DNA from: a virus
DNA: 64,000 nucleotides
Virus record (IMG/VR): IMGVR_UViG_3300045538_000426
Coordinates: 58,970 to 122,969 of that record
Reading direction: 5' to 3' (one strand)
Numbering within the stretch: position 1 is the first letter of the stretch; each line of letters begins with the position of its first letter. Below the pieces are notes generated by a model that was not told the origin of the DNA, did no database searches, and was given only the letters and a program-made list of their open reading frames with translations. Positions 29,664 to 38,870 of the stretch are shown here, in pieces. Made by a program: the position numbers and the translations under genes.

Positions 29664-29963
29664 CTAATTTTGTGGTGGGGGAGGGACTTCAAATCCACTC
29701 TTACGTCTAACTGTCGGATCTACTCTAGTCCCATCTTCAAATGCAGACCTAGTTGTTTCAGACATTTTAATCAAATCGGACAATTCAATGCTGTGGTGTT
29801 TTTTGGAAAATTCCGCAATTGCTCCTAATAGGTCAGACAGTTCCATGAGTGCCATGATAGGATTGTTTGATTCCATCGCGTCTTTAAATTCCAGATACTC
29901 TTCGTCTATTTTAGTAATTTCTCCGAGTATTCCTTTAGGAATTGGTTTTGTGTGATATGGCAT
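29664..29963 (-). CDS. MazG-like all-alpha NTP pyrophosphohydrolase-like protein
   Basis: KIDEEYLEFKDA...MELSDLLGAI acidic pattern. Confidence 0.5.
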   Translation of the reverse strand: MPYHTKPIPKGILGEITKIDEEYLEFKDAMESNNPIMALMELSDLLGAIAEFSKKHHSIELSDLIKMSETTRSAFEDGTRVDPTVRRKSGFEVPPPPQN

Positions 29964-30513
29964 ATTTTTCTATAACTTTTGAGAGTCTTGGTTCCGCTAC
30001 ACCGGTTCCATAAATCCATTCCAAGAACTCACAACTACGAATACCATAACTCCCAAGTTCGATTTTGTCAAACATAATATCATAAGAAGGCATATCCGAT
30101 GAAGACCGAGTTGGTGTTATGTATACACCTTCACCGAGTTTTGATTCAAAAAAATCAAATGCCAAAGAAATGACATAATCTAACGAATCCCCGTTTACAT
30201 GGTCGGTTTTTATTAGTTCATTTTTTATGAAATATTTCGAATGATACGCATCAAACGCATCTTCTCGGAAGCACGGTGTAATTGTTTGAAACTGTCCCTT
30301 TGGTAAGAACCCCTTGTTGTATTGATATAGGAAAGATTGTTCTCCCGAAGCAACCAACACCTTTCCCTTTTCCAATACCGTGAAATCCGGTATATCCGAT
30401 GGTTTGGTTATGTCCGATATTGACTTGGTAACTAACCACGGTGTTTCTACTCGCTTGAATCCTCTATGTTCATAGAAGCTTAATGAATCATCCAATATTT
30501 TGTAGCTTATCAT
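29935..30513 (-). CDS. stand-alone class II aminoacyl-tRNA synthetase-like catalytic domain
   Basis: FKRVETPWL, ASGEQSF, PCFREDA...SKYF, IELGSYG...GTGVAEPRL; no anticodon-binding domain. Confidence 0.7.
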   Translation of the reverse strand: MISYKILDDSLSFYEHRGFKRVETPWLVTKSISDITKPSDIPDFTVLEKGKVLVASGEQSFLYQYNKGFLPKGQFQTITPCFREDAFDAYHSKYFIKNELIKTDHVNGDSLDYVISLAFDFFESKLGEGVYITPTRSSSDMPSYDIMFDKIELGSYGIRSCEFLEWIYGTGVAEPRLSKVIEKYAISHKTNS

Positions 30514-30754
30514 ATTTTAGAATCAATTGAATTTTCTCGTTCCGCGTAATTTGTTTGATTTGATATTCACGCTTCATTGCTTCCGACTTGGTATCGAATG
30601 CTTCGGAGTAAACCATAACCACTGGTCGTCTTGTTTTTGTGTATTTTGCTCCTTTGCCGTCATTGTGAGTTTTTATCCGTTTCTCAAGGTTGTTGCTGTA
30701 ACCACAGTAAAACGTACCGTCCGAACACCTAATCAAGTAACAGTAATGTTGCAT
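30488..30754 (-). CDS. GIY-YIG nuclease (UPF0213/YhbQ-like)
   Basis: YCYLIRCSDGTFYCGYSNNLEKRIKTHNDGKGAKYT. Confidence 0.9.
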   Translation of the reverse strand: MQHYCYLIRCSDGTFYCGYSNNLEKRIKTHNDGKGAKYTKTRRPVVMVYSEAFDTKSEAMKREYQIKQITRNEKIQLILKYDKLQNIG

Positions 30755-30977
30755 TAAAAATAGAATCTGTGATAGAATTCCAAGTGGCCCTATCGGTTGC
30801 ATTACATACATCAATTTCAGTGGAACAGAAAATTGTATTATCATCCGGCCATTGAACGGATGAGACACATGATTTGTTGATTTTTATCATCCATTCCGAT
30901 TCCGCTACCAAAACTCTTTCGTATCTTTGCTTTAATTCAATGATTTTTTCGTCTTCCACGATTGATTTAGTTATCAT
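30729..30977 (-). CDS. hypothetical protein
   Basis: ORF between pilin-like and GIY-YIG genes. Confidence 0.55.
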   Translation of the reverse strand: MITKSIVEDEKIIELKQRYERVLVAESEWMIKINKSCVSSVQWPDDNTIFCSTEIDVCNATDRATWNSITDSIFNATLLLLD

Positions 30978-31404
30978 ACGGTTTGAATGTGATTTTACCA
31001 AGTTCATTTATCATGACGGATTCTCTGAAAAGACAGTCTTTGCTCATGATTGTAAATTCACATGGAGTTATATACCCATCGGAATAAAATTCTATGCCCA
31101 TCACGTCATCTTCTATTATGGATAATGATACCACCGAATCGGAGTAAACCTTTAGGAATTCATTGGTTATAGAAATTATGTGGTTTGTGATTCCGATGCT
31201 TGCATTTGCCCCCGAGGTAATCGCATTTGCTCGGTAGTGGATAATCAGCGTTTCCAAATTAGTTTTTGCAGTTTCGTATTCATGTCTAGGATTCGGAGAT
31301 ATATTTGAGATCATACCAACGAAAATAATCCCAATGATAAAAATAACCAACAGAACTTCGATGAGTGTATATGCGGAGGATTTACGACGCGTAAGTTTGG
31401 TCAT
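30967..31404 (-). CDS. type IV pilin/pseudopilin-like protein
   Basis: Basic leader, A|YTLIE class III signal, hydrophobic helix VLLVIFIIGIIFV. Confidence 0.85.
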   Translation of the reverse strand: MTKLTRRKSSAYTLIEVLLVIFIIGIIFVGMISNISPNPRHEYETAKTNLETLIIHYRANAITSGANASIGITNHIISITNEFLKVYSDSVVSLSIIEDDVMGIEFYSDGYITPCEFTIMSKDCLFRESVMINELGKITFKPYDN

Positions 31405-31588
31405 ATAAAGTAAATCTCCATTCCACTGAAGCCATCGTGCGGTCTGTTACTTTTCTAAGAAGTTCGGCGTCTATGTAATTTTCAGTTGAATGTTCCAATT
31501 CCTCGCTAATGTTATCATGTACGTCTATAGGAATTAAATTTGTTCTTCCGAACAACTGCTTATTGTTTTTTAAAAAGTCAGCGTTCAT
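31382..31588 (-). CDS. hypothetical protein
   Basis: Start MNADF immediately after thyA stop. Confidence 0.55.
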   Translation of the reverse strand: MNADFLKNNKQLFGRTNLIPIDVHDNISEELEHSTENYIDAELLRKVTDRTMASVEWRFTLYDQTYAS

Positions 31589-31589
31589 A

Positions 31590-32774
31590 TTAAACCGCAA
31601 CGTCCGCTTTGATGGCCGATTGCGGGTTGTAACCAATCAACTCTATGTCCTCGAATTTAGTATCAAATATAGATTTTCCCAAGGTCTTTAACTTTAACGA
31701 TGGAAGTTCGCCGATGGTCCTACATAGCTGCAATTCGGCCTGTTCGACGTGATTCTCATATAAATGGAAATCGGCGATACTCGCGACCAATGTTCCGACA
31801 ATCATGTTTAATTGATTGGCCACCAGATGTGTAAGTAAAGCATAAAATGCATCATTATACGGCTTTCCTAAGAAAGCGTCGTTACTACGCATGGAATAGT
31901 AGCAGTTAAGTCTATATTTGGGGATATTCATTTGGTCACAGATTCGATACAGTGGTTCTTCGGCACACCTATGTCTCCCATCCGTAATGCCTAGGCATTT
32001 ATGTAACAAAACTTCTCTTTCACTGACCGATAACTCTTCCGTCCCGAATTGAATATAATTGTGGCAAGCAGGAAGAACAGCATCCTCTTTTCTGTTACTG
32101 TGATATGGATGCCACGACGAAATGATTATCCTACGGCTATCTGGATTTGTTTTTAATTCGTTTAGGGCAGCGGTTAGTTGATCTACATATCCAACTTCAC
32201 ACGATTCGCCATAACTTGTCTCATAATGAACGTCCCACTCGGTTCCAAATGGTTGTTGGGGGTTTTTATTATTACAAAGTGGGTCCGAGTTGTCGTGACA
32301 TGGAAACCGTCTCCACAAACCACCGTAAGCAAAGTTTCCTACACTTCCGAACTGATGAGCAAATTTTTCGTTTTCAACGATTCGTTTTTCAAATTCCTTT
32401 TGAGTAAACGGACGATGACTTCTAGCGCCGATATCTACACCGTAGAATGTCCCACCTTCGGTACAAATAGCCATGCCATTATCCTCATAATACTTGAGAT
32501 ATGATTGATATGGCCACTCTGTCCAGAAAGTCACTCCGTTTTGAAGAAGGTAACGGATATTGGTGTCACCTGAAATCATCCACAATAGTTCGTGAACGAC
32601 GCTTTTCCAGTGAATTTTTTTGGTGGTCAGTAACGGAAACCCTCGATTTAAATCGATATGGGTTTGTCTTCCCCAAACTTTGCGGGTGTTTATTCCAGTT
32701 CTATTTGAAGATTTTTTTCCATTTGATAGAACGTCGAACAATAACTTGAAATAATCAGACTCATATTTATTCAT
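31590..32774 (-). CDS. thyA: thymidylate synthase with insertions
   Basis: FPLLTTKK, HELLW, SRRIIIS, catalytic PACH, MRSNDAFLGKPYN. Confidence 0.95.
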   Translation of the reverse strand: MNKYESDYFKLLFDVLSNGKKSSNRTGINTRKVWGRQTHIDLNRGFPLLTTKKIHWKSVVHELLWMISGDTNIRYLLQNGVTFWTEWPYQSYLKYYEDNGMAICTEGGTFYGVDIGARSHRPFTQKEFEKRIVENEKFAHQFGSVGNFAYGGLWRRFPCHDNSDPLCNNKNPQQPFGTEWDVHYETSYGESCEVGYVDQLTAALNELKTNPDSRRIIISSWHPYHSNRKEDAVLPACHNYIQFGTEELSVSEREVLLHKCLGITDGRHRCAEEPLYRICDQMNIPKYRLNCYYSMRSNDAFLGKPYNDAFYALLTHLVANQLNMIVGTLVASIADFHLYENHVEQAELQLCRTIGELPSLKLKTLGKSIFDTKFEDIELIGYNPQSAIKADVAV

Positions 32775-32961
32775 ATTCTTCTTTAATGATATTTAAGATG
32801 TTTTGTAAATCCTCTTGATCCAGCCCGACTGAACAATAACCCACAATTGGGTATTTTCCCTTTTCAATTTCCACCGTGCATAAATGGTCTTTGTAAAGAG
32901 ATGTATTATCCACAAGACTCCATTGATGTCCTCCGATATACTCCCATGTTCTATCTTTCAT
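32767..32961 (-). CDS. hypothetical protein
   Basis: 64-aa ORF, overlapping junctions. Confidence 0.6.
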   Translation of the reverse strand: MKDRTWEYIGGHQWSLVDNTSLYKDHLCTVEIEKGKYPIVGYCSVGLDQEDLQNILNIIKEEYE

Positions 32962-33160
32962 AGGCTTCTTCGGAAATTTCCTGTGTAATATCTACCGGTT
33001 TGATACCAGTGTTGTTGTCTCTAAATCTCAAAACAGTATAATATGCCAGGAACTCCTCCTTGAACGGTGGAAGAGAATCAATAAGTTCGTGTTTAACGGT
33101 ATACGCCTCCGATGGTATATTATCGTAAAACAAAAGGTAAATATAGGTTGAACGTGCCAT
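32951..33160 (-). CDS. hypothetical protein
   Basis: 69-aa ORF. Confidence 0.6.
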   Translation of the reverse strand: MARSTYIYLLFYDNIPSEAYTVKHELIDSLPPFKEEFLAYYTVLRFRDNNTGIKPVDITQEISEEAYER

Positions 33161-33198
33161 TATTATTTTACAAATTTTTGATCTTTTTTAGGACGGAT

Positions 33199-33498
33199 TC
33201 AACTTTCGTATTCATACACTACATCTTCTATTTCAAGCCACTTTGAATTGGCTTTCTTTATTGCCGATAGTTCCACTCCCATGTGGCCAACTACCACTGC
33301 AATTTGACTTTCTATTGAATTAATCTTTTCCGTAAAATTCAAATCAAACCTCTCGTCGGATTTTTCCATTCGGTCACGGAGTTCCATTAACCTGTCGAAC
33401 TCTGCTAACCAAAACCCAGTTGACGCATTCAACATGGTATCGGATTCGCCTTGGATGATAAGATTTTCTTTAGATTTTTTTGTAAGTTTCTTTTTCAT
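33199..33498 (-). CDS. hypothetical protein
   Basis: 99-aa ORF, ATGA overlap. Confidence 0.65.
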   Translation of the reverse strand: MKKKLTKKSKENLIIQGESDTMLNASTGFWLAEFDRLMELRDRMEKSDERFDLNFTEKINSIESQIAVVVGHMGVELSAIKKANSKWLEIEDVVYEYES

Positions 33499-33968
33499 TC
33501 GGTGAAGTATTCTCTAACGGTGTTTTCTAGGATTTTACGAAGTTGTGGAGGAATGTTGTATTTTTGGGAATTTATGTCGATGGATTTTCTTATGTTACCG
33601 TCTTTATTTCTCATAGTGGCTGCTTTCCAGTCAGCCAACATTTCTAAAACATCTACCAACGTCATGTCTTCCACGCCGTTCGGCCAGTGTTCGGGGTGAT
33701 GACGATTTTTTGCATAATGGTGAGTTATAGCTGGTCGGACCTCATCTAATAACTTCTTGTATTCCTCACTGCCATAGACGGTTGCACCTAGTTTGTGGGT
33801 ATTAGCCGCGAAAATACTAAGTTCAGGTTCCTCGAATTTTGAGTTGTCGTGATTTTCTCCCCTTTTGATTAAATCAACGACAAATAGATTTAAGTTTCCT
33901 TGGACGGTTCTTACGTGTTTGTGAGTTTCGGCTAGACAGTGGCTCACTTCTTGTTCGGTAACGTTCAT
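33495..33968 (-). CDS. DUF5662-like HD-type protein
   Basis: HDNSKF...HHYAKNRHHPEH...DVLEMLADW. Confidence 0.75.
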   Translation of the reverse strand: MNVTEQEVSHCLAETHKHVRTVQGNLNLFVVDLIKRGENHDNSKFEEPELSIFAANTHKLGATVYGSEEYKKLLDEVRPAITHHYAKNRHHPEHWPNGVEDMTLVDVLEMLADWKAATMRNKDGNIRKSIDINSQKYNIPPQLRKILENTVREYFTE

Positions 33969-33975
33969 GTCAACG

Positions 33976-34004
33976 ACTGTATTTCACAACTCGGTGTCCG
34001 TCAA
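33976..34004 (-). promoter_or_regulatory. sigma70-type promoter
   Basis: TTGACG-N17-TACAGT. Confidence 0.7.
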
Positions 34005-34010
34005 ATTCTT

Positions 34011-34148
34011 TTACAAGTTCTTGATTCGGCAGTAGATGTTCAGAGTTAGTTCTCTAAACCATTTAAAATCTTCTTTTATAGGGGACCAAGGAAGCTTACC
34101 GGCGAGTCCAATCGTTCTACCCTCCGACATTGCTGCTACGGCTATCAC
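34011..34148 (-). pseudogene. dihydrofolate reductase N-terminal stub (45 aa)
   Basis: GTG start; IAVAAMSEGRTIGLAGKLPWSPIKEDFKWFRELT matches the DHFR N-terminus, then stop. Confidence 0.75.
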
Positions 34149-34297
34149 TCGACCAAAACCATTCTCTTAGATACGCCGTTTAACCCATATGCGTAATTAA
34201 TCGTGATTACTTCTTCTAGGCTGAGTGTGTATACGGTGGAGTCAATTCTCTCGCCTGTGCTAGTGTTCACCAACTTATATGTTTGATATGTTTTCAT
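34145..34297 (-). CDS. small hypothetical protein (50 aa)
   Basis: Hand-translated MKTYQTYKLVN...VLVE*; overlaps both neighbours by 4 nt. Confidence 0.6.
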   Translation of the reverse strand: MKTYQTYKLVNTSTGERIDSTVYTLSLEEVITINYAYGLNGVSKRMVLVE

Positions 34298-34695
34298 GTT
34301 GTTTTAATTGTCAATACTCTATAGACCGACTCGAATCCGTTTTTGTCCGAGATTTTCACCACTAAGTCTTTTTCGGGAGAGAAATAATGGCTAACAAATT
34401 TGAAGTCGGAACTTTTTTCACCCAACGAGGATTTCAGAGAACGGTGGATTAGTTCACAAAATTCCGATTCGGTAAGTTCCTTCTTTTTCAATACGGTTTC
34501 CCGGATTTCGTATTTTTGTTTGACTGATTTGATGAAATCATTAGTTTTCTTGTCGTTTCTAAACAAATTCTCACGCAAAAACGAGAATACACATTCCTCG
34601 TTATTGGATTTCGTCACTAACTCAAGCCGTGGATTCTTTTTGATATCGGACTCAAGTTCAATGACAATTTTCTCTAAAAGTTCAGTTAGTTCCAT
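34294..34695 (-). CDS. hypothetical protein
   Basis: Start at MELTE. Confidence 0.65.
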   Translation of the reverse strand: MELTELLEKIVIELESDIKKNPRLELVTKSNNEECVFSFLRENLFRNDKKTNDFIKSVKQKYEIRETVLKKKELTESEFCELIHRSLKSSLGEKSSDFKFVSHYFSPEKDLVVKISDKNGFESVYRVLTIKTT

Positions 34696-34747
34696 ATGTT
34701 TTAATAGTATCACCAAAATCAGGACTGTCAATTAAGTAATTATACAA

Positions 34748-35338
34748 TCAATCCCAAAGTGCTAAAAAGTGACGTCCGAACAAATCAAATCCCTCTTGAA
34801 CCCGTTTGCTATGTTCTTCACATGGAGTCCAGTCAATCCGACGGTCATCGGCGGGTTTATATCCAATGGAATGTTCGTCGACGGAGACGACCAACTGACG
34901 ACTATCATAATTCTCGGGATAAATAGGGTCAGGTTCGTTGTCGAAGTTTTCCATAGACCAGATGATTTTATCCAAAACTTCTTCCCAACGTTGGCTTCCC
35001 GTTTTTACAACGGCGACGTCTTTAATGAAATCAAAATAGAGTTGGTCCGTTGTATTCAACTCGTCGGCCTCTTCCATAAATGAAATCGGATAACCACTCA
35101 AATTATTTCTCATTTGTTTTAACCTGGGCAAACTCCACTTTGCACAATGACTGTGGAAATCAAATGATTCTTCGGATGGGAAACCATCCCGAATTCTTTG
35201 CCCCTGTTTTCTGAAAAAATACATCACATCCCTCGTCCACCACTTAGGTTTCATGTAGAGAAGTTCCCACCAGCGTAGAGGTTCAAAATTAAATCCCCAG
35301 TGTTTTACTACGTCGCCTACTTTTAGTTCTTGTTTCAT
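34748..35338 (-). CDS. conserved phage hypothetical protein
   Basis: WEEVLDKIIWS...EGFDLFGRHFLALWD. Confidence 0.75.
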   Translation of the reverse strand: MKQELKVGDVVKHWGFNFEPLRWWELLYMKPKWWTRDVMYFFRKQGQRIRDGFPSEESFDFHSHCAKWSLPRLKQMRNNLSGYPISFMEEADELNTTDQLYFDFIKDVAVVKTGSQRWEEVLDKIIWSMENFDNEPDPIYPENYDSRQLVVSVDEHSIGYKPADDRRIDWTPCEEHSKRVQEGFDLFGRHFLALWD

Positions 35339-35706
35339 AGATTATACTTTATACCATTCAATTTATAAAAATTGAGTTCGTCTTTTTCTGCAACATAACC
35401 ATCCGAAGAATAGTCAAATTCACAACATGGAAATTGTCTACCGGATTCATCAGTCAGACACCAACTATGGGGTTCTTCTAACCATTTCCATCCAACTCCA
35501 TCGTTGGTTGGTGGGAATTCACCGAAACCGTTTCCAATTCCCGCGGGGGAATCCGGAGTGTGTTCGTGATTACATGTACATCCTCTTGGAACGCAATCGT
35601 CACAGAAATAAGGATATACGATGTTTTTTGAACTGGGCATGTAACACCACTTAGCCGATGTATGTTTTTCACAATCACATTTAAATCGATGATACATAAT
35701 ACTCAT
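35335..35706 (-). CDS. Cys-rich hypothetical protein
   Basis: CDCEK, CDDCVPRGCTC, FPCCEF. Confidence 0.7.
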   Translation of the reverse strand: MSIMYHRFKCDCEKHTSAKWCYMPSSKNIVYPYFCDDCVPRGCTCNHEHTPDSPAGIGNGFGEFPPTNDGVGWKWLEEPHSWCLTDESGRQFPCCEFDYSSDGYVAEKDELNFYKLNGIKYNL

Positions 35707-36179
35707 TTAAAAGAGATGTATTTCAACTCTTCCTTGGTTAGTTTCGATTCTATTATTCTGTGGAATTTTTCTTTTCTTTTCTCAAGTTCGATTCGTTTCA
35801 ATTTCTTGTCTAACTTGACCGTCACCAGTTCTTCATTATAGTCGTCAACTGACTTTTTGAACTCATCTTCAAAATCTTCCCATAACCATCTAGTAGGAAA
35901 TGAGTTATTACATCCATAAGGTTCCGGCAAAAACGCATACTCCCCACCCACCGTTATTTCCTTCTTATATTCATCTAAATCAAATTTGCCTTCAGATGCA
36001 TCACCCTCGTAACCACAGTTTCCATAATCAAACCAACCTTTTTTGGTAACATCGGGAATGATGGTCAATACAATTTCACCGAATCGTTCATCGATTTTTG
36101 ATAAAATTTCATTGTATTTTCTAATAGTTGTCTTTGGGTTATATAAAGACTCGAATTCTTTTTTAGTTATTTTGCTCAT
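35703..36179 (-). CDS. hypothetical protein
   Basis: 158-aa ORF, ATGA overlaps. Confidence 0.7.
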   Translation of the reverse strand: MSKITKKEFESLYNPKTTIRKYNEILSKIDERFGEIVLTIIPDVTKKGWFDYGNCGYEGDASEGKFDLDEYKKEITVGGEYAFLPEPYGCNNSFPTRWLWEDFEDEFKKSVDDYNEELVTVKLDKKLKRIELEKRKEKFHRIIESKLTKEELKYISFK

Positions 36180-36589
36180 TTTTGTGAAAATTCAACGTAA
36201 CCCGCTTTTTTCAACACTGACAAGGCTTTCGCTGGACTTTTGTCCACTATCCGAAGTCCCCGTTTATCTCTTTTAGCGGTAGGTGAGTGATATTCATAGA
36301 CGCTTTCACAAGTCTCCACGAAATTATCTGGTATTAACTTTTGGAATTCTCCATATGGGATTCCCGAATTGTAATAGAAATCAAAAAACTTCCCATCTTT
36401 TACAATACCTAACATGAAGTTCGGTCCATATGTCAAGTCTTCGTCATCAACTATTACTGCACAGGTTAGTTTCTTAGACTTAATTCGTTTTCTTATAGTA
36501 TCTAAAGAATTTTCGTTCTTATGTTCGCCCCTACGAGTAAGTTCGGCCAGTAGTTGTTCCGTGGGTGTGGATTCTAAATCAGACTTCAT
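36176..36589 (-). CDS. hypothetical protein
   Basis: 137-aa ORF. Confidence 0.7.
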   Translation of the reverse strand: MKSDLESTPTEQLLAELTRRGEHKNENSLDTIRKRIKSKKLTCAVIVDDEDLTYGPNFMLGIVKDGKFFDFYYNSGIPYGEFQKLIPDNFVETCESVYEYHSPTAKRDKRGLRIVDKSPAKALSVLKKAGYVEFSQK

Positions 36590-37103
36590 AAATATCCCCG
36601 TTAATCATAGTTTTTACTCCCAATTTTCCAGAAAATATTCTGACGTTTACATGTGATTCGTATATCATAATATCACTTCGTTGACCGCTTTCCGTCCATT
36701 TGTCTCGTGTAATTCCCACCGATACATCGTGTTCCCATCCTTCGTGTAGAACAATCTCCTTTATTCCTGATTGGATTATAGCACGAGTACAATCGCTGCA
36801 TGGAAGTCCTTGTGTGTATAACACGGTTCCTAATGTAGAAATTCCGTTGCGGGCACAATGAAAGATGCAATTACGTTCTGCGTGTTCTGACCAGAAGTAT
36901 TTCTCTGGCCTTTCATGACGTTCAGGTATATCGTCAATTATTCCTCGACAGAACCCATTATACCCTTCGCTTATAACTGAATTGTCCCTCACCAATACTG
37001 CTCCGACTTTTGTCTTCTTGTCTTTGCTCTTTGATGCTATCAAATAGACGTGTCGCATGAAGAGTTCGTCCCAACTAGGCGCTGGCCATTCAGAATGGAC
37101 CAT
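36579..37103 (-). CDS. dCMP deaminase
   Basis: KVGAVLV, GYNG, HAERN, PCSDC. Confidence 0.92.
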   Translation of the reverse strand: MVHSEWPAPSWDELFMRHVYLIASKSKDKKTKVGAVLVRDNSVISEGYNGFCRGIIDDIPERHERPEKYFWSEHAERNCIFHCARNGISTLGTVLYTQGLPCSDCTRAIIQSGIKEIVLHEGWEHDVSVGITRDKWTESGQRSDIMIYESHVNVRIFSGKLGVKTMINGDIYEV

Positions 37104-37260
37104 ATGCCTCCTCGTTATAATAACCCGATTCTTCCAGATGCGTCTCTATTTCCTGTTCAATGTCAATTTTTAATTGATAAGCGGCCCCATCCACCTCGGT
37201 TGTGAAACCGTGTGATTCCATGAGTACCAGAATCCGGTCGGTTAGTTTACATACGTTCAT
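37090..37260 (-). CDS. small hypothetical protein (56 aa)
   Basis: Hand-translated; preceded by TTGACG-N16-TATCAT. Confidence 0.55.
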   Translation of the reverse strand: MNVCKLTDRILVLMESHGFTTEVDGAAYQLKIDIEQEIETHLEESGYYNEEAYGPF

Positions 37261-37303
37261 ATTGTTATGATAACTTAAAGTCTGTCACCGTCAACTTAAT
37301 TCA

Positions 37304-37957
37304 TTATTCACCATGATGGTCAACTATTTCCACTGATTTTCTTGCCATGATTTTATTGATGTCATCCATGCTATATGGAGCCGCATTGCCGTCCCAACCA
37401 ACGTCCAGTATCAATCCATCCTTTGAATCGGCTCTCGTCTTGGCGAAACTATAATGACTATGTCCACAGAGCATATATGCACCCGATGACATGAAGTTCC
37501 ACACATTTATAGGGTAATGCATCATAACTACGATTTTCCCATCAATTAAAGCTTCCTGATAATCTCCTAGAAACGTTACGTTTTTGTAACGAAATGGATA
37601 AACTTTAATGTTTTCGCTGTATTTAGCAAGAACTTCTCGTTCGTATACTTTCTGAATAGGATTGTTGTGATTTCCCCAAAGCATATAAATATTCTGACAC
37701 AGTATACGAGAGAGATACGATTCAAATTGGCCTTCGTTTGTGTTCAAGCAGAAATCGCCTAAATAAAACAGGTAATCATTCGGCTTTACGGTGTCGTTTA
37801 CCGTATCAATTACGAAATTCGTATGGTCATCGGAACTTTTGTGTCCACGGGACTCCCACACGAACGGACGATTGTGTCCGAGGTGGAAGTCACTGGAAAA
37901 ATAAACGGTCGAATCAACCGTGGACCTTAGTTTAATCATTTGTGATGTATTTGACAT
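37304..37957 (-). CDS. calcineurin-like metallophosphoesterase
   Basis: SDFHLGH, LGDF, WGNH, HYP, CGHSH; promoter TTGACA-N17-TACCAT at 37992-37964. Confidence 0.9.
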   Translation of the reverse strand: MSNTSQMIKLRSTVDSTVYFSSDFHLGHNRPFVWESRGHKSSDDHTNFVIDTVNDTVKPNDYLFYLGDFCLNTNEGQFESYLSRILCQNIYMLWGNHNNPIQKVYEREVLAKYSENIKVYPFRYKNVTFLGDYQEALIDGKIVVMMHYPINVWNFMSSGAYMLCGHSHYSFAKTRADSKDGLILDVGWDGNAAPYSMDDINKIMARKSVEIVDHHGE

Positions 37958-38038
37958 TATCCGATGGTAACGCATGGAGTTCCAATTGTCAACGAAATTA
38001 TAAATTGACCTTTTCCAACGGAGGTATACACTAAGTAA

Positions 38039-38458
38039 GTGAAAATCATCCAAAATGTGTATCGGCCAGTGACTCTTAAAATGAATGGGTCATTTCACCG
38101 ATTTGGAGAGGAGATAACCAAACTTCTCATTGCCTACCCCATGATAAATAAAGTGTGGATGGTCAATGGAGAAGAATTCATAACGTCTCTGTCGGAATGT
38201 GGCGGAGACACGCATCTTACAGACCCGTGGCTTCGGAATTTTCCAGAGGAGATGTTAAATGAATCAAAAACGGTGGAACTTCCGGAAAAGCATGTAAAAG
38301 TTCAGACGACGGTAGCAGGTATCGGCGTCATTTGTAATGTATACGCGCGAAAGCTCAATAAAGTAGAGGTGGATTGTAAAATATGTGAGGGTAACGATGT
38401 GTGTCTGGAATGTAACAAGACACTCAGAAAAATAGTATGTTTCCCACAGATGAATTAA
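38039..38458 (+). CDS. hypothetical protein with C-terminal zinc ribbon
   Basis: CKIC...CLEC; GTG start. Confidence 0.6.
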   Translation: MKIIQNVYRPVTLKMNGSFHRFGEEITKLLIAYPMINKVWMVNGEEFITSLSECGGDTHLTDPWLRNFPEEMLNESKTVELPEKHVKVQTTVAGIGVICNVYARKLNKVEVDCKICEGNDVCLECNKTLRKIVCFPQMN

Positions 38459-38480
38459 AATTTATAATTCACGTCGGAAT

Positions 38481-38870
38481 ATGTATCCGTATATGAAAGA
38501 AATCTTTACAAAAATCCTAACAGTAGTTAGTTTAGCCGCTTTGTCCGTGTGGCTGAGTGTATTGGTCGTAGAACACCGTCTTTCCGAACGACAACTTCCA
38601 CCGGTGAAGGTTGCGTGGTCGGTCACGAACTATGTGACATTAACAAACTACTACGTGACAGTCACCAATTTCGTTCCGGTTGTGGTTTCGACAAACGAGA
38701 CATCGACATCGGAACCGATATTGAGCCCCGGCATACCGTTCATATTTAACACACAATCGGTGATAGTTACATCGATCGATCCACCGACGGAAAAAACAGG
38801 TCGTCTTAGACAGATTTCAGAGGAATTAAAAACGATATTGGAAGATTTGAAAGAAAAAGAAAAGAAATGA
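38481..38870 (+). CDS. membrane-anchored hypothetical protein
   Basis: N-terminal hydrophobic helix, repeated TNY/TNF sequons. Confidence 0.65.
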   Translation: MYPYMKEIFTKILTVVSLAALSVWLSVLVVEHRLSERQLPPVKVAWSVTNYVTLTNYYVTVTNFVPVVVSTNETSTSEPILSPGIPFIFNTQSVIVTSIDPPTEKTGRLRQISEELKTILEDLKEKEKK

